DNA of 32,000 nt from assembly GCF_019464535.1 (NCBI RefSeq), contig NZ_CP080507.1, positions 4,170,001 to 4,202,000 on the forward strand. The letters run 5' to 3'. The position numbers were made by a program, and so were the translations under genes. Of this stretch, positions 8,008 through 16,171 are shown piece by piece (the first letter of the stretch is position 1; every line of letters starts with the position of its first letter). This DNA comes from Horticoccus luteus. Its GTDB lineage: Bacteria > Verrucomicrobiota > Verrucomicrobiia > Opitutales > Opitutaceae. The notes below the pieces were generated by a model. The model saw only the letters and a program-made list of their open reading frames with translations. It made no database searches and had not been told where the DNA came from.

Positions 8008-9108
8008 TCACTGGCGTTGCGCCAGCGTGCTTTCGATGCGAGCGACCAACGCGAGATGGGGGTCGAGAAACCCGGGTTCCAGTTGCTTCAACTGCTCGCC
8101 CGTCCACGTCTTCGGATCCGCGTTATACGGCCGCAGGTAATCGAGCGCTTTTTTCAAACTGCCGCCATTCGGCGCCTCGTAGTGCCAAAGGTCCACGCCG
8201 ACCTGCGCAGCGAGCAGCGCGACCCCGAGTTGTGCTTCGAGATTGAAGGCGCTGTAGCCGAGGCTGTCCGCCCGCGCGAGTTCGAGCGGCTGCCGGCCAT
8301 CGGGCTTGATCTGCTTCGCGATTCGCGCGCGATCCGTTTCGGCGAGTTTGCGGGCCTCGGTGTCGCGCCCAAGGTAGCGGTTGAACACCAAGCGCTGCTG
8401 CAGATACCACGAGCCGTGATTGTTGGGCGCCTTGGCCTCGGCCTTGCCTTGCGCGCTCGTGACAAACCACTGGAGATAGTCAGCGAACCACTGGTGCACC
8501 GCGCGGTCGTCGCTGGCGGAAAGCGCCGGCGAGCCTTCAAGCAGGCGCAGCGCATCGACCACGCGGATGAACGCGCGCCCATCGATCAAGCCAAACGACG
8601 ACCCGCGGTTGCCGTCCCGCCCAAGTCGGATTTGGGCATACGAAAAATTCGGGTTCATGCGCGTCGCCGGCGTGACGAACCACGCCCGCAACCAATCGCC
8701 GGCGCGCGTCGCGCAATCCGCGCGGTGGAGTTCCGCCCAGCCGAGCGCGAGGGTCTCGACGCTGTTGACCATGCGGTTGAACCGTTCCGTATCGGAAAAC
8801 TTGAGCTGCTCGCGGTTGTGATGCCCATCGCGACGGATGAACGGCAAGCCGTCCACTTTCGTCGGATCCGGCCACCAATAGCGACCGTAGCTGACGTAGT
8901 CGTGTGGATCGCCCGTCGGCGAAGGCCGTGTCTTTTCCACCACGGTGACCACGGGAGCCGCGATCGCTTTGGGGCAAGCTGCTTCAAGCTTGGCCGTTGG
9001 GTGTTCGGCGAGATCGAGGATGTAGGGCTCCGCCGCGCGCAACGTCGATGAAACCAAGAGCAAGCCGGTGGCGAACGCCGGAACAAAACCGAAGCGGACG
9101 AAAGGCAT
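8008..9108 (-). CDS. alginate lyase family protein (AlgL/PL5-like, PF05426-type), secreted
   Basis: The start was trimmed to ATG at 9108 (MPFVRFGFVPAFATGLLLVSSTLRA signal peptide). DPHDYVSYGRYWWPDP..GLPFIRRDGHHN and the NNH(G/S)(S)W motif (APNNHGSWY) are hallmarks of AlgL-type lyases. Confidence 0.8.
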   Translation of the reverse strand: MPFVRFGFVPAFATGLLLVSSTLRAAEPYILDLAEHPTAKLEAACPKAIAAPVVTVVEKTRPSPTGDPHDYVSYGRYWWPDPTKVDGLPFIRRDGHHNREQLKFSDTERFNRMVNSVETLALGWAELHRADCATRAGDWLRAWFVTPATRMNPNFSYAQIRLGRDGNRGSSFGLIDGRAFIRVVDALRLLEGSPALSASDDRAVHQWFADYLQWFVTSAQGKAEAKAPNNHGSWYLQQRLVFNRYLGRDTEARKLAETDRARIAKQIKPDGRQPLELARADSLGYSAFNLEAQLGVALLAAQVGVDLWHYEAPNGGSLKKALDYLRPYNADPKTWTGEQLKQLEPGFLDPHLALVARIESTLAQRQ

Positions 9109-9151
9109 AATATGATCAGACTTTAAACGAAAGCACTCACCGCCTGCACGA

Positions 9152-10039
9152 TCACGCTGCGCGCCGACGGCGCCACAACGCAAAGGCGACACCGAGCACG
9201 CCGAAAATGGCTGCCGTCGTCGCCGGCTCCGGCACCGCGGTGTATTGAATCTTCACTTGCGACAAAGTCATGCTATCCGTCGTGCTGCTCGTCGCGTAAA
9301 TGGCAAACGTATCGAAACTGAAGCTGGGCGAGGTATCGACAGCACTGATCGTATAATTTGTGAGACTGCCGCCAGTCAGGAGGAACGAGGTGGTCAGCTC
9401 CGCACTCCCGGTCCGGCTGAAAGACATCTCGCCCGTATAGGTAGTGCCGGTTGCCAGGGCCTGATTGGGACTCGCCGAAGAACCAAGCTGCGTGTAAGCG
9501 GCAATACCGGCGATGAACGCTTGATTTGTCGTGCTGGTGCGCTCGTAAAGGCGCAGGCCGTTGCTGCCGCTTCCCCCGGAGTTCAACGTCGCGATGTAGC
9601 CCGTGTAATTGTCGAAAAGTGCGCCCACGCTGGTGCCGCCGGCACTGTCTGCCGTAATCCGCGTTCCTGCCGTGCTGTCGAATAGACCGATCCGAAAATT
9701 GTTGGAGCCGTCAGCCAAGGCCGTGGTGCGGTCGAATTGAATTTTGAAAGTGACCGTCATCGTGTCGCCAATGCCCAGAGATACCGGGCTTCCGTCCGCC
9801 GTAAAGTAGCCCAGCAAGTGGCGCCCGGAAGAACCGGTCGCCAGTGTGATGGAGGTGTCTGCTGTATAGGTGACCGAGGAGCCTCCGCCGGAGGAGAACC
9901 ACTCTGCAGAATTTGGCGGTGCGAGCGTCGTGCGCGCGCCGGACGCGAACGTCTCATCAAGAATCGTTACGGTTTGAGCGGTGGCTCCAACCGCGGACAT
10001 TACCAGAGCAAAGAACAGACGTGGGCGCGGGGATTTCAT
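9152..10039 (-). CDS. PEP-CTERM-anchored secreted protein carrying one copy of an unnamed ~240-aa module (X-module)
   Basis: The start was trimmed to ATG at 10039 (MKSPRPRLFFALVMSAVGATAQT signal peptide). The C-terminus VPEPATTAAIFGVLGVAFALWRRRRAA is a PEP motif plus TM helix plus Arg cluster. The body aligns by eye with 26993-27701 and 27965-28672 (SGR.LLGYF, RIGLF, FDT..(V/I)Y..S...DS(F/M)T). Confidence 0.8.
   Translation of the reverse strand: MKSPRPRLFFALVMSAVGATAQTVTILDETFASGARTTLAPPNSAEWFSSGGGSSVTYTADTSITLATGSSGRHLLGYFTADGSPVSLGIGDTMTVTFKIQFDRTTALADGSNNFRIGLFDSTAGTRITADSAGGTSVGALFDNYTGYIATLNSGGSGSNGLRLYERTSTTNQAFIAGIAAYTQLGSSASPNQALATGTTYTGEMSFSRTGSAELTTSFLLTGGSLTNYTISAVDTSPSFSFDTFAIYATSSTTDSMTLSQVKIQYTAVPEPATTAAIFGVLGVAFALWRRRRAA
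9155..9235 (-). other. PEP-CTERM sorting signal
   Basis: VPEP + hydrophobic helix + RRRR at the extreme C-terminus. Confidence 0.85.
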
Positions 10040-10088
10040 GGGGGGCACGTTTCTTACAGTGAGGAAGATAAAAAATGGCAATCCGGAA

Positions 10089-10102
10089 TCTAATAATTAT
10101 TA
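10089..10102 (-). promoter_or_regulatory. AT-rich motif TAATAATTATTAGA (minus-strand reading) containing perfect 12-bp palindrome TAATAATTATTA
   Basis: The palindrome spans 10091-10102. It overlaps the TAA stop (10100-10102) of the lyase-esterase gene and lies 49 nt upstream of the PEP-CTERM gene start. It matches 13/14 positions of 2731-2744. Confidence 0.4.
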
Positions 10103-13100
10103 TCGCTGGTGCGACGGCCCTTCCGGCAGAAGCTTTTGTTCCTGCAAGAATCCCCGGATCAACGTCCGCGCCTTGTCTTTCCACTCCGGGAGTTGCGACG
10201 AGAAATTATGGTCGCCACCGGGCACCGTCACGAGCTGGCACGTGTTGCCCGCGCCGACGAGCTTCGCGTGCAACGCTTCGGCCTGCGCGTAGGGCACCGT
10301 GTGATCCGCGTTGCCGTGAAACACGATCATCGGCGGCATTTGCGCATCGAGCTGGTCCACCGGCGACAGCGCGACCGCGTCTTCTCCGAACCGCTTCGGC
10401 GTGTAGCCCAAACCGTCCGGCGCCGTGTCGGAGACCGCACTCATCAGGATCAACGCCCGCGGTTTGATCGTCGGCGCTTCTGCCGGGTCGGAGCCCGGCG
10501 GCGTGTGCGTGATCGCCGTCCACAGCGCGACGTGGCCACCCGCAGAACTCCCGCCGACAACGATTTTCGTCGGATCGAGCCCAAGTTCTTCCGCATGATC
10601 TTCCACCCAACGCAACGCCGCCCGGCCATCGGCGACCGAGGCCAGGGGTGAGGTGCCGAAACGGTTTTTCGTCCGGTAGTCGGGCGCGATGCCGACGAAG
10701 CCAACGCTGGCCGCATAACGCGCCCATCCGGCGGCGTGGTCGGGGCCGCCGTGCGTCCAACCGCCGCCAAAAAAGAATACCAAAGCGGGTCGCCGATCGG
10801 TGGGGGACCATCCTTTCGGTTTGAAAACGAACAGGCGGAGCGCATCCGGCTCCAGCGCACGATAGACAAACGCCTCCGCTCCCGGCAGCGCGGTCAACGT
10901 CTTCTCCGTTGCGGCCGATTTTTTCGCCCCTGCTTTTGTCGCGCCCGGCGCTTTCGCCGGCGCCGCGTTGGCGGACTTCTGATGCGACGCCGCGGCGGTG
11001 GCGGGTGGCGAGACGCTGGCCCCGCGGGCTTCGCTGGCCCCGCTATTGGCCACCCCGCCGGCGTTGGTTGGGCGCGCCGAGTGCCAGATTTCGCGGCCTC
11101 CCACTTTCAGCGTCGTCGCTTCGAGGACACTGAACGCGAGCACCCGCCCGCTCAGATCGCGGCGCACGAGCGCGAATGCCCCGTCTGTCTCCACGTCGCC
11201 CACCGTGATTGGTTTCCCGCCGACCGGCTGCGCCGCCACGAGGCACGCGTGATCGGGAGTCGTAATCGTCAGCGCGGAAACATCCCCACGACTTTCGTCG
11301 CGCACCTCGAAAGGTTTTCCACCTGCGGGACGCGGTTGGAGAAGCGTCAACCATGCTGTGTGCTGCGCGGTGCGGCTCGTTTCGAGATACGGAAACGCGG
11401 CGTAGTCGCCTTTGATGTAAGTGAGCTCACCCGACTTTTCTGCGATGGTCGCCTGCGGTGCCGCGATCCACGAGTGCAGGACCGCTGTCCGACCATACCG
11501 ATCGTCTTGGTAACTCCAGGAGCGCCGGGCGCCGTCAATCGTGAGTTGTCCGCGCCCGCCATGCAGGTAGGACGCAATGCGCCCTGTGTGCGTCGCGTTC
11601 ACCCGGTCGCTGACAATATAGTAGTCGCCAGCGACCCAAAAGATGGCGCGCTTCCAATCCCCGTTTTTTCCAAAGAACGCCTGCTTCTCTTCGCCGACCA
11701 GACCCGGTCGATTCACGCGAAACAGCGAGGGTGGCGTCTGGCTCGGCGCAGCGTCGGTCGCCGGCTGGTTGTCCAGCGTGAGCGTGTTGTGCGCGGCGGC
11801 GGTGACATACCACTGCATGCGTTCTCCGCCGGTATAGGTGCCCCGTGAGTAACCGGAATCCGAGCACATCATCTGGTCGGCGGCCTCCAGGATAAAGCTC
11901 AGATGATCGTCGTGCTCGTGGTTGTCGCCGTTGGCGACTCCGTGAAACAGCAGGTAACGCTGATTCGCGCCGTGGCTCACCCACGCGTCGCGGAAATAGG
12001 TCTGCCCGCCCGTCAGAAACACATTCGGATCCGCATCCGGCGGCGTTGGCACGATCGTCGGGTCGTGCGTGAGCAATTCATCGATCTCCAAGGGATAATC
12101 CCAGCTCGCGCCCGTATAGTTGAAGCCGCTGTCTGCGCGTTCTTTTTCAAACGGTGCGAGGTCCGCGCTTTCGTAGCTCCACTGCAACACGGCACCGAGT
12201 TTCGCCGTCGAACTCAGAGCAGTCGACGCGTCGCGGTAAGCCACCGCCGCGAGATGAGTCGGCGTGGGGCGCAGATAGGAATCTGCGATATTCGGCAGCC
12301 ACCCGCGGCTGTTGCGCGCCTCGACCATCGCTTCAAACACCGGCTGAAACGCCGTGAATCCATCGACGCCCGACACGTTGCGATAGTGATAGAGAAACGG
12401 CAGGAAGTTGGTGAGCGAGAAGATGAGGTAGTGGCTGCCTTCGCGGTAGATTCCGTCGCCGCTGAAGAAGTAACGCGTGTTGCGATTCGTCGCCTCGATC
12501 GCGCGCCCGAGCCAGGCGAGCGCCTGCGGTTCGGCGGACAAGGTGAGCGCCATCGAACCCAGGCCCCACGCCGGTTTGGAGAGATGGTTGTGCGGACTTT
12601 TCGGCGACCACACGTAGAGGTTGTCGTAAACGCACTGCGCCTCGCGCGCGAGGCGGGCGCGAATGACCTTATCCTGCTCCGGCGTGAGGCTCGGCTGCAC
12701 GCAGTCATAGGCGTGCGCGTAGTTCTGGAGCCACGCCGCACGATAGATCTCATCCACGGGGCTGCCTTGCACACTTGAATCGAGGTCGAAGATCGGCCCG
12801 TCATAAGCGCGCGAGAGCAATTCGATCGCGCGTTGCCGATGCGCCGCCTGGGCCGCGGGATCGTCGACCAGCAACGCCACCAGCGCATGCGCGCGGGCGG
12901 CCATCGACATCGCACCGTAGTATTCGTGAATTCTTTTCGTCTCGTCACCCGCCACGGGAGCCGGAGGCGGCGAGACGGTCAGATCGGCGCGGTGCAAGAC
13001 GGCCGCCCAACGCGTGCGCATGAAATCGTCCGCGTTGAGTCGCGCCTTCAGGGCGGGAAGATCGGCGGTACGAAACCACAACGAAGGATGTGTCTCCCGC

Positions 13101-13237
13101 GCCGGCAAACGCGGCTCGGCCGGAATCGCGAAGCCCGTGTAACGCGTATAATAATCCGCCGCGACCTTGGGCCGCGCGGACGCGCTCCAGGCGAGCGCAC
13201 AAGAGGTAATCAGGACGAGGGATCGACGCAGGTTCAT
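10100..13237 (-). CDS. secreted fusion protein: heparinase II/III-like lyase (N-terminal) + alpha/beta-hydrolase carbohydrate esterase (C-terminal)
   Basis: The start was trimmed to ATG at 13237 (MNLRRSLVLITSCALAWSASA signal peptide). The lyase part has the heparinase II/III His cluster GDNHEHDDHLSFILEA..CSDSGYS. An Ala/Lys/Ser-rich linker spans about 10900-11075. The esterase part (about 10103-10900) has oxyanion FFFGGGWTHGG, nucleophile elbow GGSSAGGH and FHGNADHTVP/GGDHNF catalytic His regions. Confidence 0.8.
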   Translation of the reverse strand: MNLRRSLVLITSCALAWSASARPKVAADYYTRYTGFAIPAEPRLPARETHPSLWFRTADLPALKARLNADDFMRTRWAAVLHRADLTVSPPPAPVAGDETKRIHEYYGAMSMAARAHALVALLVDDPAAQAAHRQRAIELLSRAYDGPIFDLDSSVQGSPVDEIYRAAWLQNYAHAYDCVQPSLTPEQDKVIRARLAREAQCVYDNLYVWSPKSPHNHLSKPAWGLGSMALTLSAEPQALAWLGRAIEATNRNTRYFFSGDGIYREGSHYLIFSLTNFLPFLYHYRNVSGVDGFTAFQPVFEAMVEARNSRGWLPNIADSYLRPTPTHLAAVAYRDASTALSSTAKLGAVLQWSYESADLAPFEKERADSGFNYTGASWDYPLEIDELLTHDPTIVPTPPDADPNVFLTGGQTYFRDAWVSHGANQRYLLFHGVANGDNHEHDDHLSFILEAADQMMCSDSGYSRGTYTGGERMQWYVTAAAHNTLTLDNQPATDAAPSQTPPSLFRVNRPGLVGEEKQAFFGKNGDWKRAIFWVAGDYYIVSDRVNATHTGRIASYLHGGRGQLTIDGARRSWSYQDDRYGRTAVLHSWIAAPQATIAEKSGELTYIKGDYAAFPYLETSRTAQHTAWLTLLQPRPAGGKPFEVRDESRGDVSALTITTPDHACLVAAQPVGGKPITVGDVETDGAFALVRRDLSGRVLAFSVLEATTLKVGGREIWHSARPTNAGGVANSGASEARGASVSPPATAAASHQKSANAAPAKAPGATKAGAKKSAATEKTLTALPGAEAFVYRALEPDALRLFVFKPKGWSPTDRRPALVFFFGGGWTHGGPDHAAGWARYAASVGFVGIAPDYRTKNRFGTSPLASVADGRAALRWVEDHAEELGLDPTKIVVGGSSAGGHVALWTAITHTPPGSDPAEAPTIKPRALILMSAVSDTAPDGLGYTPKRFGEDAVALSPVDQLDAQMPPMIVFHGNADHTVPYAQAEALHAKLVGAGNTCQLVTVPGGDHNFSSQLPEWKDKARTLIRGFLQEQKLLPEGPSHQR

Positions 13238-15156
13238 CACGAAAGAGCAGGCAGCGACCAGTGTGAAATGCGCCAGTCGCCGAGCGCGGGATGGCGCAAC
13301 GCCCAGCGACCGGCCGCCAGCGAAACCACCGTCCACGGCGCGGCCTCGGCGCGCTGGTCGCCGGTCCACACCAACGCGGCAAGCCAGCCGGAGCCTCCGC
13401 CGCGCGGCGCGCGGGCGACCGGCGTTACGTGATACGGCGCGCTGATATGCGCACGCTGTTGGCGGTCGTCACGGCGCTCGTCCCATTCCGCTGCGGTAAA
13501 GCCGTGCAGCGGCTGCAGCGCCGTGCCGCGCCCATCGGCCGCGAAGGCGGATTGCGTCAGCGAAGGCTCCCCCGTGGGTGCGATTTCGCGCGCCTGCGCG
13601 GCATCGAGCGGCAACGCATAACCGCCGAGGCGAAACACCACGGGCTGTTGCGCGGTGTAGGTGTGCAGTTGCAGCAACCACCCCGCGCGCCACCACACAC
13701 CGCTCTCGACGGTCGTGTTGATCTGACCGCTCTTCACCCCGAGGTTGTAACTGAAATAAACATGCGCGTCGTCCATCTCGATGGCGACGGTCGAGTGGCG
13801 GCCGATGATGCGGCCGTCGTCGAGCTGCGTCGTGAGCGCGTTATCCAGCGACCAATGGGTCGCCGCGGGGAACGCGAGCGTGAACCCGGTGCCGGTGCGA
13901 TACGCAAACTTGCTCCATTTCCACGCGCCGAAGCGGAGGTTGAGGTTCGAAATCTGCGAGCCCGCGTTGACGATCTCGACCGCCCCCGCCGTGCTGCGCA
14001 CGACGAGGCCAGCCGGCCGGATCACGCGCGCATAGTCGCTGCGCTCGGACAACAACAGCTCCTCTGGCGCGTGCCAGAACGCGTGTTGCGGCGGGAGCAG
14101 CAGCGCCGCGAATCCTTTCGCCGCCCAATACGGTGAAGCCGCGCACGAGTAAGATTCGGCCAGCGCGGGAAACGCGTCCGTCCAGCCGAGCGACAGGCAG
14201 CCCTGTTCTTGCTGGATCGGCCGCGAGAGAAAGAAGTCGAGGTTGCGCGTGCTCAACCGGCGCAGCCGCCCCGGCGGCAGATCGCAGCAGTCTTCGAGCA
14301 GCGCGAGACCGAAGACGTTGAGACAGTTGAAACGGTACGTGATCGACCGCCCGAACGCCGGATGCTCGCCGCTCGCGGCGAAAAAGTGTTCGTAGTCGCG
14401 CACGAATTCGCGCGCCCATTCGCGCCAGCGTTGCGCGCGCGCCGGATCGCGTGCGCCGTGCAACCGCGCCCACCACAAACCGTAGAAGTGAAACGCGTAG
14501 GCGTTGTAGTGATCGTAGGCCTGATTGATGCCGTCTTCGAACCACCCTCCGCCGCGGTGCATGCCTTCGAGGCGGGTCAAAAATTCGTCCACGATCACCT
14601 CGTCGGCGCGTCGTCCATAGCCGTGCTGCCGGAGAAACTCCAGAATGTGCACGCCCATGAAGTAATGGTTGTTGTTGACGATGCCGTTGCCGCGCGCCGT
14701 GCCAAACCACCGCGCAACCTGATCGCGCACCTCGGGCGAAAGCGGCTCCCAGAGCTGCGCCGGGGCGATCTGCAGCGCGATCGCGACGAGGCCGATTTCG
14801 ACGTGGTGCTGATGGTAATTGGCGTCAGGCCCCCAGTAGTGCGCACCGCCCACGTCGGTGCCGGCCGCGAGTCCGCCACGAAACCATGCGGCGAGTTTTT
14901 CGCGCAACGCGTGGTCCTCCGCTCGCGGAGCCGATTGCAGCCAGTGGGCGGCGAGCAGGAGCGGGCGCGCGAACGATTCGAGCCGGTCCGCCGCCGCGTC
15001 GTGATCGCTCGCCGGACCCGCGATCGCCAGGCTCGCTTCACCCGGATGCATCAAGGCGGCGAGGGGCTCGATCAACCGCCGGGCGGCGTCCTGCCAATGG
15101 AGATAAGCGGGCGGCAGATTCATCGTGTGCGGCGGGCGGGGCGTCGTGACAGGCAT
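13237..15156 (-). CDS. DUF2264-like protein (uncharacterised, frequently found in glycan-utilisation loci)
   Basis: 639 aa with no signal peptide. LESFARPLLLAAHW, GGWFEDG and the aromatic-rich alpha/alpha-like N-half fit my recollection of DUF2264, but the assignment is unverified. Its TGA stop (13237-13239) overlaps the downstream ATG by 1 nt. An alternative start is ATG at 15123. Confidence 0.55.
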   Translation of the reverse strand: MPVTTPRPPHTMNLPPAYLHWQDAARRLIEPLAALMHPGEASLAIAGPASDHDAAADRLESFARPLLLAAHWLQSAPRAEDHALREKLAAWFRGGLAAGTDVGGAHYWGPDANYHQHHVEIGLVAIALQIAPAQLWEPLSPEVRDQVARWFGTARGNGIVNNNHYFMGVHILEFLRQHGYGRRADEVIVDEFLTRLEGMHRGGGWFEDGINQAYDHYNAYAFHFYGLWWARLHGARDPARAQRWREWAREFVRDYEHFFAASGEHPAFGRSITYRFNCLNVFGLALLEDCCDLPPGRLRRLSTRNLDFFLSRPIQQEQGCLSLGWTDAFPALAESYSCAASPYWAAKGFAALLLPPQHAFWHAPEELLLSERSDYARVIRPAGLVVRSTAGAVEIVNAGSQISNLNLRFGAWKWSKFAYRTGTGFTLAFPAATHWSLDNALTTQLDDGRIIGRHSTVAIEMDDAHVYFSYNLGVKSGQINTTVESGVWWRAGWLLQLHTYTAQQPVVFRLGGYALPLDAAQAREIAPTGEPSLTQSAFAADGRGTALQPLHGFTAAEWDERRDDRQQRAHISAPYHVTPVARAPRGGGSGWLAALVWTGDQRAEAAPWTVVSLAAGRWALRHPALGDWRISHWSLPALS

Positions 15157-15165
15157 GCGAAAAAC

Positions 15166-16170
15166 TTAGGTCGACGTGTCGAAAACCCGTTCCGTGATCA
15201 GCGCCTGCAGTGGACGGTCCGCGGCGTAAGCTCGCAGATTTGCCACCGAAAACTCTCCCGCATCGCGCCTCCGGTCGGTCGTCGGACCGGCGAGGTGCGG
15301 CGTGAGGGTGACGTTGGGCAGGCCGCGAAAGGGCGAATCCGCGGGCAACGGTTCGACGGAAAACACATCCAGGCCGACCATGATTTTCCCTTCCTGCGCC
15401 ACGCGCAGAAGCGCCGCTTCGTCCACCACGGCTCCGCGGCCGACGTTGACGAAAACGCCGCCGGGCCGGAGGAGGCGCAGCAGCTTCTCCGTGATGATGC
15501 CGGCGGTGGCGGGAATCAGCGGCGCGAGCTCGATCACGATCTCATTTTCCGCAAACAAGGTTTCCAGTGACGACACGGCACGGACGCCGTGGCGGCGTTC
15601 CGTCTCGGCGTCGACATCGGGCGCGCAGACTGAGATCGAGCATTGAAACGGCTGGATCAAACGCACGAATTCGCGCGCCACCTGGCCGAAGCCATGCAGC
15701 CCGACCCGGCGGCCGAACAGTGAAGCCGTTTCGCTGCTGCCGTTTTTCCATGCGCCTTCGCGGTGCATCGCGAGCGTCCAAAACGTGGCCCGGCGCAGAC
15801 ACGAGAGCGTGTGAAAAAGCGCCCACTCCGCGACGACGCGGCTGATCGAACCGCCCCAGTTCGTGACGAGCAACCCGCGTTCGATGTGCGCACGCGGCAC
15901 GAATTTCTTGATCGAGCCGGCGAGGTAGCAGACGTATCGCAGCGCCGGTGGAAGTTCGGCGGGAAGCGGCGGTGTCTTCCAGCAGGCGATCAGCACCTCG
16001 GGATTGGCCTGGTGCAAGGCGGCATGGAACGCCGCCGCGGAGAGCTCCGTCGTATCGCAGTGCGCGAATTGCGGTGTCAGCGCCCGCACCTCGCTGAGCA
16101 AGGGCTCCGGCAAAAAGTCGCGCAACTCGATCGCGGTGATCGCCGCCAGAATGGATGCGGGCCGGGGCAT
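15166..16170 (-). CDS. D-isomer-specific 2-hydroxyacid dehydrogenase family, NAD-binding (copy A)
   Basis: The start was trimmed to ATG at 16170 (MPRPASILAA), 1 nt after the upstream stop. Rossmann GLHGFGQVAR and the catalytic triad context NVGRGAVVDE / GLDVFSVEPLP / LTPHLAG are present. It is 334 aa, the same length as the paralog at 30120-31124. Confidence 0.85.
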   Translation of the reverse strand: MPRPASILAAITAIELRDFLPEPLLSEVRALTPQFAHCDTTELSAAAFHAALHQANPEVLIACWKTPPLPAELPPALRYVCYLAGSIKKFVPRAHIERGLLVTNWGGSISRVVAEWALFHTLSCLRRATFWTLAMHREGAWKNGSSETASLFGRRVGLHGFGQVAREFVRLIQPFQCSISVCAPDVDAETERRHGVRAVSSLETLFAENEIVIELAPLIPATAGIITEKLLRLLRPGGVFVNVGRGAVVDEAALLRVAQEGKIMVGLDVFSVEPLPADSPFRGLPNVTLTPHLAGPTTDRRRDAGEFSVANLRAYAADRPLQALITERVFDTST

Positions 16171-16171
16171 G

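Noticed and set aside
9109-9151. ATAATATGATCA around the alginate-lyase start as another copy of the AT-rich motif
   Set aside because: The match is only partial, and it overlaps the start codon itself. It was not counted among the motif sites.
13238-13369. Upstream extensions of several minus-strand ORFs: here, and at 9109-9192, 10040-10081, 16171-16263, 17255-17410 and 31125-31373
   Set aside because: In each case an internal Met gives a canonical signal peptide or family-typical N-terminus and abuts the upstream gene's stop. The extensions are Arg-rich and overlap neighbouring genes or intergenic DNA.
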